Source: Camelus ferus (taxonomy: Eukaryota). From it: a stretch of DNA of 64,000 nt. A program made the position numbers and the translations under genes. The stretch is taken from assembly GCF_009834535.1 (NCBI RefSeq), contig NC_045696.1:121956001-122020000 (forward strand), in the 5' to 3' direction. Positions 53,117-64,000 of this stretch are shown in pieces; positions within the stretch are counted from its first letter, which is position 1; every line of letters begins with the position of its first letter. The notes below the pieces were generated by a model. The model was not told where the DNA came from, made no database searches, and was given only the letters and a program-made list of their open reading frames with translations.

Positions 53117-55190
53117 TAGTGGCTACGTACTTTACATTCCCACCAACAGGGTACAAGGGTTCAAAAGCTATACTTCAAGTCTTTATTTTGCATTCACTTT
53201 AAAAACATTGTTACTATGTAGATAATTCTGGTTGACATTTTTCCTTCAGCTCTGCAGAGATGTTGTTGTACTTTCTCCTCGTTTTTGATTTCTAGCAATG
53301 TTTGCTTCCAATCCTAATTTTTCTTGCTCTATATGCAGTGTTTCATTTTTTCACTAATTGCCTACAAGTTTTTCTCTTTATACTTGGTTTTTCATTGCTA
53401 GTCTGTGAGGTACATGGCCATATCTATCTTCTATTTGTTTTGCTTGGGGTTCAATGAGCTTTTGATCTGACATTTGTTTGCCTTTCATGACTTTTAGAAA
53501 ATTCCTGGCCATTTTCCCTTCAAATATATTTTTTTCCCTTTCTTCTTAACTTCTTCTATTTTGATTTTTCCAGTTACCTACAGTAAACCTTTAGACACTG
53601 TCCTGTGGGAAGTTGTCAGCTATTGAATGCTCAGTTGTCATTTTTTTCTGTTTGTCTTTGCTTTCCATGTGGTTAAACTGGTATTGCTCTATCTCAGGCT
53701 CTCTGATTTTTTCCACCAATTTGTCCACATCGGTTTAGTTCATTCCATTAAAATAATTCTTAACCACTGATACTGGTGCTTTACTTTTTATAGGATTTTC
53801 GTTTAACTCTAAAAGTAGTTGCCATTTCATTTCTCATATGTTCATGTGTGTTCTTCACCTTCCCACTAGATCCTTCAACATAATAATAATAGCGATTTTT
53901 AAATCCCTGCCCTGTCTGATTGTTCCAACATTTGGTCTATCTCTGATTTTGGTTCTGTTCCTCATTTTATCTCATTATGATTCATAGTTTTAACATGTTC
54001 TGTTTTTCTGCTTGACTCCATTTTTATTGTATGCTTGGCATTGTAAAAAAGTAGATATTGAGATAATAATTTATGTTTGAAAAGTTTCAGTTAGGATGAT
54101 TGTGGGGGGCACTGATCCAATGCAGCTGTACCCCGCCTGGCTGGGCTCTGCTGTTGCTGCAGCTACATCAAGCAGACAGAAAGCTTCCCATTCCTCCATT
54201 GGAACTCCGCCATGGCATTGCTCTGAGTGGCAGGTCTGAGGATTTCCTGAGTATTCCTGTTCCACCCTCAACTGTTAGCAGACCTGCTGACCTGTCTTAC
54301 AGACAGTCTCTCTCTGTGCCCTTGACCTATTCCAATGGTAGACTGCTGCTTTTGTTACTCAGTGCAAGGCTTTGTTGCGTGCTTACAGGCTCCTGGGTTC
54401 TCCAGGTCTTCCTGCTGCCCCTCAAACCTTGGGAAGTGCAGTCAGCCTGTCCAGCCAAGGATGTCACACATCTTCTTCCTGACACCTTCCTGACACCTGC
54501 TGTTTCTTGTGAGCACCTGATGGAGGCCAATGGGACATTTTTTATGAGTATGTGTGGATTCCTCTTATGTCAAGTTTCTCAAGATTCTAGCCATTACTCA
54601 GTCGTCAAGAAATTCATTAACATTTTATTTAATTTATTCTAATCTCTAAAATTTACTAGTGGTCAAAAAGTTTATGTGGCTTCTCAAAGGAGATTTGGAC
54701 CCTTTGGAATTCAGTTTATATTCCTACCTTGTGACATAACCTGTAGTGGATTTTTAAAAGCATGATTTTGTAGATTATTTGGTCCTTTCTTGTTTTTCAG
54801 ACTGTGACAATATTTTTTAGGGCATTTTGGATTCTTAGCAATTTGGAACACAGATCTCATTTCTTTTGATGAGTCAGTCTAGCTTTACCAGTTTCACAAA
54901 GTACCAACATTTTGGATGCTTTGATCCCATTACTGTATATTGGTTTCTGTTTCATTAAGTATGCTTTCATTTTTATTTGGTTTATTCTACTTTGTATTGT
55001 ATCACATGGTAGAGATTGATATTTAGCTTGTCTTCAACTTTAATTCTTTACTAGCATGTGGCTCTGGGACATGAATTTCACTGAAATTAGTGATTTGTTG
55101 CATCCTGAAAGTTTGATGTATAGTATTATCAGTATTTTTCATTTAAAATATTTTATAATTTTCAAATAAAATTTTCTTTGACCTATAGGT

Positions 55191-55222
<32 letters not shown>

Positions 55223-56533
55223 ATAAATTTCTAGTTGTATTTTTATCATCATTTTTAAACATTGTATTATGATGAATCCATACACTTGGCTTGACTTTAA
55301 TTCTTGAAGTTGAAAAAATGTTTTCAACAGTGTTTGATCAGTTATCACATGAAACTCCAGTCCTGGCCAACATCCTGATTACATCCTTGTGAGAGACTTT
55401 GAAGCTCAAGGCCTGGCTCAACAATGTTCCAATTCTTGACCCATAGAAACTCTGAGATAATGAATGTTTGTTGTTTTAGCTGCAAGTTCTGTGATAACTT
55501 TTTATCTAGCAATATATAACTACTAAGGGGGCTTTTAAAAAAATAGCTTCTCAAGTTCCAGTCCTATGTGATTCTTTAAGTTTAGGATGTTAACCAGAAT
55601 ATGTGGAGTTTTTTTTTTTTTTAACTCTCTGTGTAACTCTTTTATTACAATCTATCTGGATTGTGAATCACTGCTCTAGGTCATACCCCTCCCTTCCCCC
55701 AAAACTTTTATATTGTTAGCAGAATATTCTTACTAAAACTCATAAATGACCACGCTTTTTGTGTTTTAATCTCAATGATTACACATTACTAATAAAATAA
55801 ACTTCTGACTAGCCAGCAGAGAGCACAACACCCTTAACTCTCAGGCTGCTATGTATCCCCCATATACTCTACTAGTCACCCCACAAAAGGCGTTGTAAAC
55901 AATATGCAGCTGGTCCTCCTTGCAGACTCTTTCCTGTCTCCACGCATTTGCAACACTTGTTTCAACTTAGAATTTTCATTCTCTAGCCCAGCTCCCATCA
56001 AACTGCAAACTGCTCATCTACAAAATATAAATAAAAATGTGCCTCCTCTATGAATCACATAACTATTTTGAGACTTGTCTCCTTGTGACATAAATAATTT
56101 TTATAATTTGTCTCTTGAGCAGTAGATTGTGGACATTTGCATAGCCTAGACCCAATTTCATCAATCTGTGTTTACAGCAGCATTGTTAAAAATGAGACAT
56201 CCGTCATACACAAAGAGCAAACTCAAGCCACAAGATTGTTATTCAATGAAATATAGAATAAATTTTTTAAAAATGTGTTCAGCCCTAGTTGTTCATAAAG
56301 TGCTATACACACCATCATGTTATTGCCCTTATTCTTAACATATATTTTTCCTAGTTCAGTATTTTATATATCAAATAATATGGTTGATTTTCATTATTGC
56401 TTTCAAGTTTTATATTGTATCATTGTTTTCAAATGCCCACCAGTGAGTAACCAGCAATCTAGTAAAGGTTCTTAGGAGATCTGTGAGACCCCAAGAGGGG
56501 CATAACTCTTAGGATTAAAGTTAGTGCCAAGTA

Positions 56534-56747
56534 CAATTTTGAAAATCGTAGCATAGATAAACAAAATTATAGTGTATAGCATAGAGAAATGTACACAAAA
56601 TGTCATGGTAGCTCACAGAGAAAAAAATGCGACAATGAGTGTGTGTATGTCCATGTATGACTGAAAAATCGTGCTGCACATTGGAATTTGACACAACACT
56701 ATAAAATGATTATAAATCAATAAAAAAAATGTTAAAAAAAAAAAAAA
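56534..56747 (+). mobile_element. Short young L1 3' end with target-site duplication
   Basis: L1 3'UTR text plus polyA; aaagttagtgccaagta before and aaagttagtgcaaagta after. Confidence 0.9.
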
Positions 56748-56779
56748 GTTAGTGCAAAGTAAGACATTGTCAACCCCTA

Positions 56780-57060
56780 ACCCCAGCTCCCGCCCCCAGC
56801 GCCCTCCCGGCGGCCGGTTCCGGAGCCGCTGCGCCGCGCGGAGCCGCCGCCCAGGGCGCGGGCGGGGGGGGGGGGGGGGGCTGCGCGCCGCCGGCCGGGC
56901 CGCTGTGCCGATCTTCACGGGCGCGACGGTCCGAACCGAGCCGGCTCCGCGGCGGGGCCGCCGGCGGAGGGGCGACAGCGGCGTCCTGCGTGTCCGAGCC
57001 GGGCAGCCGCTGCTCCGCACAGCGCCCCGCCCCCGCCCGGGGTTTGCGGAGACAGAGCAA
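56780..57060. promoter_or_regulatory. Second CpG island, source gene unassigned
   Basis: Very GC/CpG-rich block with GC boxes and a G run, starting abruptly after AT-rich sequence; the overlapping ORFs are low-complexity. Confidence 0.7.
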
Positions 57061-60000
57061 GAGGCTGTGTTTATGGTCAGTAAAAACATTCTGCTGCCCA
57101 GGGGAGAGGGTTGGGGGGAGGAAGATAACGCCGGTTCTAGATGTTGTTTGCTCTGTAGGCTGCGTTATTTTGAGTCTTTTAGAGGGATGGCCCCTGGGTG
57201 ACCCAACTTGAAGAGTTTTCTTAAGCTCGCAGGTGGAGGAGACGTTTACTGCAGCGAGTGGATTGTGAGAACAGTGGCAGCCCTGCACCCCCCAGCTGAC
57301 GTTAAAGTTTGCTAAAAGCATGTAATTTCTTGATCACTCGGGTTTTGAAGATGACTGTTATTTCCAGTGTATTCCAGGACCAGCTGCATCATGTGGTGGT
57401 GTGCAAAGTGCTTTATTTCAGGGTTAGCTTTTTGACTTCCCCGTAGTGTGCTTAAAGACCTCAAGGTGTGTTTAAAAGCTTTGGATTGAAATTTTCTCCT
57501 GAATGCTTTGGATGCTTATAGACTAATTTGGTAATTTAGAAAATATCCGCATATTCCATGTCATGATTGTTGCCTTTCTTTCCTTTGTCCCTCTGACGTC
57601 TGACTGTGGAGCCACGCTTAGCTTTGTCCTGTCTTCTGTTTGGTCTGGATGATGCTTTGTAGGTTGACTTCTGCTTTACACTCGCGGTGTTCATTTGCCA
57701 GAGAAACGTTTCAAGTTAGGAGCTTCTAGGAGGCGTTTAGCTTAAACTATTGTAGCTGCAGACCCTCTATAGGGCCTTTTCTTTAACGTCTGTGTTTACG
57801 TTCTACATACGGCTTCTAACAAATCACTTCTGTGTCCGTTTTCACTTTTTGTTAGACACTGATTTCTATGAAGTGGAAAATAAGACAAACCACATGAGGC
57901 AGTTTAAACTACTGATAAGCAGTGGTATGTACGACAGCCTCTGCTTTTCAAACGTGAAACAGTGAGAATAGAAACTGGTGTAGCCTGATGATTGAAGAAA
58001 AAAGTTAAGTTTACTTTTTATCTTCGTGGGCTAAGACCCTTGTTAAACAAAAATTTTCTAAATTCAGAACTCTAGAGTCATCTTAAAAGTATCATTTTGC
58101 ATTAAACATTGGCTAAAAGGCTACTTAGTTTTTGATGTGATTTTATTTAATATATAGTATTTTTATCTACAAGTCAGAGCTATTTATGGTCCAGTTGGTA
58201 AGGAGTTTATATGAGGGTGATGTGTAGAATAGAACACATTCAGGTTCTCATATGAGAGGATGGATATGTTTGTGTCCATAAGGAGACATCGTAGTGGATT
58301 TTTAGGTACTGAATCCTTTTTCAGTTGCTCCCCCATCCAATTTGTCAATCTCTATATTGCATTAGTTTTTCTTGCACTTAATGTGAGGAGGGGGAAGCTG
58401 GAAAGGAGAATTCATGTGTTTAGAGTCATAAAACTTAAACTTCCCTAGTGCCTCCAGTTCTAGCACGTGCCCCAGCCTGTGCTGTGTTTGTAGGAAGACA
58501 TCATGAACTTTCTAGAGTTCAGTAAGTGTCTATATAGACATGGGCTCACGTATATAGAAGTGCTTTTCTTTCTTATTTGTAACCACATTAGAAATATATC
58601 AGAAGTATCATGATTAGGTATAGCCTAATGAATTTCTATGTATGTGTTTTACTTTTTAAAAATCATATGTTAATGAGTTATTGTCTTTTTCTCCTAAAAA
58701 AAATTAATTGGTGTGTATGAGGGGTCAAAAGGTATTTTAACTGTAGCTGTAAATTTAGTCCCATAATGTTTTGGTTTAATGAAGTCATACTTTAAATGAA
58801 CTTTAGATTATGACAGGTTTTTTACATTGAAAAATCTGGTATAAATGCTTCGCTCCAGGCATTATATAGAAACAAGTTTCCTGGAAGTTTGGCCAAAAGT
58901 TACAAAAGTATCAAAGCTTAAGCTGTTTCACTTCTACCAGCAAGTAAGGACCTGTGAAATTAATGAGAAAGGCTTTTTTTGTCTTTAGCTTTAAGGGGCT
59001 CGGACTCTTCAGCTTTTTAACTGAGATTGATACTCCAGTTAGCGGTCTCATTTTAAGAAGGCCCATTTCATCCCCTACATTAACAGTGCCTTCCCTGTGT
59101 ATGTGCAGGGCCTCTCTGAGTAGCAGGGTTTGAGGGAAGTGGGCATCAAAGCACCTCTCAGTTTTCTGATCTCCTTTTTATAACTTGTTTAAAGTGTTCC
59201 AGGGTGTTTATGATCTGGTATCTTTTAAATTATCCTACAGACTTGCAGGCTGGGGCAGTCAGGGTGAGGGACACTTCTGTGATGTCTGCTGTGTATCTGG
59301 TACTGTGTTCAAAGTGTCACTTTTCAACAATTATGAGAGTGTTCCATTTGAAGAAGCAGGCTTAAAGAAATAATTTTTCTATCATCATGCACCTGCTAAG
59401 TGGTGAACTACACATTCAGACCCAAACCGGTTTGGTCTCAAAGGCTGAGCTTTTTATTCATTGACCCTCATATCTCTTTAAAAGCAGTTTTCATGTTTTA
59501 GCCTAAAGGTGGCCTCTGGACTGACCACCTTAGAGATGTGTTTTGTTGATTTGCAGTGTCTTTGAATTTCAACTAGTGATCAGCATTGAAAAACTGGGAA
59601 ATTTCTCGATGAGGCTTATGGATTTCTGGATTTTTAGGGATGACTTGAAAATCCAGTCACTGGTAGGCTGTGTTCCCACCTTCTGGGGCAGAGTGGTGGG
59701 GCAGTATCTGCCGTTTGTAGATCGGGGTGTGTGTGCAGTCAGCGCGGTCCCCTCACCCTGGCTGGTGACGTGCGTGGCCTACGGCACTGATGTTCTGTTA
59801 CCCGCCTCAGTCCTCGTAGGTGTGTCATTCACGTCTCTGCCCCAGCTTCCCCTTGCATGGATGACTCCAACCTTTAAAAACAAAACGTTTTTTTGGACTG
59901 TGACCACTTATGCAACTTCTAATATATTGCTTGTATTCTTAATTTATTCAGAAGTCCTAAAAATTTGTTAATAAAACCTGTGGTATACATAATACTTTTA

Positions 60001-63000
60001 ATCCAGTGTTAGCTTGTTAGGTATTTTTTAAAACTTTGTTTTTTATAATAGTAACAATTTGCAAGTTCTAAAGAATGATGATTATAATTTTTCCACATCT
60101 CTTCATCTCAGTGAGCAAATAAAAAACCCACTACTTTTTTACTGGGATGAGACTCACAAAAAAAGAAATTGATTGAAGATCATATAAATAACTTTTTTGG
60201 CTGTTTTTGATGGAAGTTTTTCTGAAATGTATTACATATTTATTGTGTCCCTAAAGTGGACTGAGTTTAATCTTTTCTTAAATGTTTGAAGTTTAGTATA
60301 AGAACAACTTATTGTTTTCAGCTCTCTTGTAGTTTCTGTTTTTTATTTTTCCAGAAACAACTGAATGGGCATTCTAAATTTACACTAGACGATGGTGTTT
60401 CTTATTCTTGTATCTAGTTTTAATACTATTTCCAACTTTTTATTTAAATTTCCTGATTTTCCTGCAACCTTGAGGATGTCACCTTCTGATTTAACTGTTT
60501 CTAATATAATTTCTGTGGGGAAAGTAATCATACTTGACATTTGCCTGTAAAGTGGAATAAATAAATTCTGAATCTTCTGTGCAGTAAGATATATGAGCTT
60601 TAGTCATTTTTTTTTTAAACACCTGTTTTGGCTGTGTAGAGTTTAGTGTTGAGATTGCCCTGTTACTTTGTAAATAACTGGGATGATGTATTAGTTAAAG
60701 TGAGGCAAAGTAGGATGGAGAGAAGAAACTGATGAATAACCAGAAAGACACAGCAAATAAAATGCACATTCCTTAGGCTTCGGGTAGATCATTTCTGAGA
60801 TTTGAATCCTGAGTACTCTGGCTCTAAACTAATACACTAGGTTATTGATATTAAACATAGCCTAAAATGTCTGATTGTAATACGCTCTCCAGAAATGTAA
60901 ATTATCAGTGAAGAAAAAGTACTTTCTGTATTTAAAGGAAAGATTAAGCACGAGGTAGATGACAGGGGCTCTGGATGTTCTGTTTTGCTGTTAGTTTGTA
61001 GTAAGTCGCTGCTGTGTTTTACATTACAGGTTTGGTGACCATGATTCACATGAAGTGAAGTTTCTTGTTCATCTTTGAATTTTACTACATTCTAATGGTC
61101 TGGAAAATTTTGCCAAAGTTAGAGGTATATATTTAGGGTGGCCTAGCTTCAAATGCAGTCTATATGGGGTATCAAAAAATGGAGTTTGTTTACATGGAGA
61201 GATTTGGGGGCAGGGCAAGGGCAGTCACTGGCTATAACTGCTAACACAAAGTTTAATGAGAGGCCTATGTGGCCACTAGTTGCAGGAAACAAATTGTAGG
61301 TGCGAAAGGCTGTGAACAGAGAAACACACGGTGCCTTCAAGTCCAAGCCCCAAGTCGCAGGGCACTCACTCCAGGCTGCAGGACTTGATTTGTGTTTTGT
61401 GTTTTCACATGAGCAAGTCTGTGTGACATGCTTGGGCAAACAGCCCCCGGGTTTTTTTTTAAAGAAGGATTTGATTTATTGAATGATTGTTACTAATTCT
61501 CCTAGCAACTCTGAAGTCTGCTTGTTCTGAATGAAACCCCAGCAGGGCTAGCCCTCACGTAGTTGAGCGGCCCAGCTGCACAGCAGCTGGAGGAAGCCGT
61601 GCTCAGGGCGCATGGGAAGCGCGGGGCGGCCCCCCCGAGTCAGATCCCCGGAAGGCGGTGGCCCTGCCGCCCGGCAGCGCGCAGGCCTCGGCTCGGTGCT
61701 CGTGGGGCCAGTCCTGTCCTGGCCGGGCTGCGGCAGCAGCAGCGCTGAGACCAGTTCTCAGGGAGTGCGCGTTCCTTTTGCTGTTGGGTGAATTCATCCC
61801 GAAGCTACTGCGGTTCCAACTCAACAGCGTGGGAACGTGCGCAGGGAGGGCTCTGCTGCTCAGTCCCCAGACTTTCTGGTGTGTCTGTGACTCCAGGAGT
61901 CATGACGCCACTGCCTGGAGGGGGAAGAGACGTGAAAAACACAGTTTGTCGGAGTAGACAGAAATGCCAAGACCTAAAACTAGAGTTCCAGTTATGTGTT
62001 TAGCTGCAGTTGAAATGAGAATTTATTCAGCAGGAAGGACATCAGCCAGCTGGGGGGAGGCTTTCTGAGGCAGCAGGGAATGGCATGGAGTCTAGTGAGG
62101 AGCGTGCAGGTTTACCTGCCTGGAGTGCGGAATCCAAGGCAGGAAATGAGGGGAGATGCTAACAGGACCATGGTAACTGCGACTCTGATTATTCACGTAA
62201 CAGGCCACGATGACCGTGAGGCAGAGTATTTGGAATTTTGGTTGGTTGAGCAGTTGGGATATAACACAATAGGAAATAAATTAGCTGCTGGATGAACTGG
62301 GTGATTGAGTCCTGGATTAAGGTAGTGATTGCAGGAATAAATAAGAGTAGAACAAGACATTACATGGAAGAAAAACTGGTCAAACTTGGCAAATGTTTAA
62401 TGTGAAATTATCAAAATTTCTTGAGGGCTCACTCTCTGGGTTGAATTTGGACCACAGACGCTGTTGTTTTGGGAAGAGTCTGATTTTATAAAACTTTGAG
62501 GAACTCAGTCTTTGAAGTTGAAAATGTCTAAAATTCTGAATCCAGATAGGAGGTTATAGGTTGGGGTTTGGGTCAAAGCCCGATTTTATCCTACTTGCAA
62601 GCTAATACTTTTGTTGGGGGTTGGTTAAAACTTTGCACAGTCCTTCAGTAACCTGTGCCTAGTCATTTGGGAAGCTTTAGTCCAGATAGTTGGGAGGTAG
62701 AAGTTTGGTGAATTTGGAGAGGAGGGGAGAAATTAGATGTAAAGATACATTATCAATTATATTTCTCCTTTACAGGTATATATTTACTCTCCTTAAGTTG
62801 GAATTAGACACTTCAGGTCAAGAATATGCTTGATACCATTGATTATATGTGAATTGTAATTCCTGTTTCACAGACAAGGTGGAGGAAACTGTGATCTCTG
62901 CATTGGAGGCAAGTGTATATGTATGATTTGTGGAGCAGAATTACCTTTTCATTCATCTCTTCTTGCATTGTTGATGGCAAAGGATACACACATACACATC

Positions 63001-63477
63001 TTTGAACTTTGAACTTTGGATTTAGTTTTCAAAAGAACACAGGTAGAATCTTATACTTGGGAATTGAGTGGGATATTTATACACTGCTTCTTTTCCTAAG
63101 AATTAAGTAGGTTAAGTTTGTAAAAATGGTGAAGAAACTGTAAAGTGCTTTGCAAATATTGTTAAAATCATGCTGTTTCCAGACCTAGTTTCTTTTGGAA
63201 TCCATCGGTTAGAAAATACGGATAAATAAATGTATTTTTAGAAGTTGAAATACTGGAACATCATTACCAAACATCATCTAATAGAATTGAAAAATTCCTA
63301 ATTCCTTCTCCAATATGATTTTATCACTTTTTAATATTCATCATTCAGTCTATTAAAATGCCTGTTATGAGTTTACATCATAGTATTTATAAAGTTTTGT
63401 ATCCTTCAAGAAATTAACCTGTATTAAAAATGTATATGCAGAGCAGAGCCCGCAGCACTTGTAGGAGGTGGAGAGGC

Positions 63478-63630
63478 GGTTCGGTTGTCACAGCTGGAGG
63501 GGTGCTCCCAGCACCCAGTGCCTAGAGGCCAGAGATGCTGGTAGACAGCTTACATGCTTAGGACAGCCCCCAGCAACAACGAATTATCTGCCCCAAAATG
63601 TTTGAGGTGCTGAGGTTGAGAAACCTTGCC
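63478..63630. mobile_element. MER20 hAT-Charlie fragment
   Basis: ggttgtcacagctggagggg...gaggccagagatgctg...aattatctgccccaaaatgt...gaggttgagaaacc. Confidence 0.85.
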
Positions 63631-64000
63631 CTAGCAGAGATTTGTCACTGTTGTCACTGTCTTCTTTGTCTTTTTTGCATTGTTGTTATTTCCCAGGGCT
63701 TGCTGTCTTAACTGATTACTCCAGTTGCGTAAGCTTCCCATATCCTTACCCTGTGAAGCCTCCCTCTTCCAGTTCTCAGGCACTGCAGTCAGAACAAGTG
63801 GCCTCTGCTTTCCAGGGTTGCCCGTGCTTCTCTTCATCTCTGAGCTTGTGTTTGGGAAGAATATCTGATTCTGTTAATTTATAGCAGTGATGGAATGATG
63901 GCCCATGGGGATTATCTCAAAACCAGACCAAGCCAGTTGCTTGTTAACCCAGAAGAGCCTGGATTAGAAGGGTTTTAGTTTCTGTGGAGGAAGATTTTTA

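Noticed and set aside
54100..54642. 180-aa ORF
   Set aside because: Non-ATG start, no recognisable domain, and it lies in degenerate old repeat-like sequence.
56773..56785. ccctaacccc at the edge of the second CpG island as a telomeric relic
   Set aside because: A single hexamer; not significant.
56613..57321. Overlapping 149-183 aa ORFs on both strands
   Set aside because: Arg/Pro/Gly/Ala-rich by-products of the CpG island.

Overview
Mammalian genomic DNA, probably camelid given the tRNA-derived SINE and L1 3' ends. It is repeat-rich, has one 100-N gap at 53017-53116, and contains no intact protein-coding gene. Between the LINE/LTR/SINE/DNA-transposon fossils lies a mosaic of fragments from normally unlinked genes, all on the + strand. 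(1) Seven consecutive exons of a divergent, unprocessed ARHGAP20-like pseudogene (PH and RA regions, 15024-27723) that stop before the RhoGAP domain. (2) A duplicated MAPK1/ERK2 CpG-island promoter, 5'UTR and exon 1 with an intact donor and a frame restored by compensating indels (~31700-32063). (3) A CCM2 retrocopy that preserves unusual splice choices and lacks its 3' end (~42017-43383). (4) A single open COL12A1 FN3 exon with both splice sites (52320-52449). (5) A second, abruptly starting, unassigned CpG island (~56780-57060). The best interpretation is a segmental-duplication/exon-shuffling hub, possibly part of a chimeric MAPK1-promoter/ARHGAP20-like gene family; that last step is inference. 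Gene identities come from my recall of the human proteins, not from database searches.
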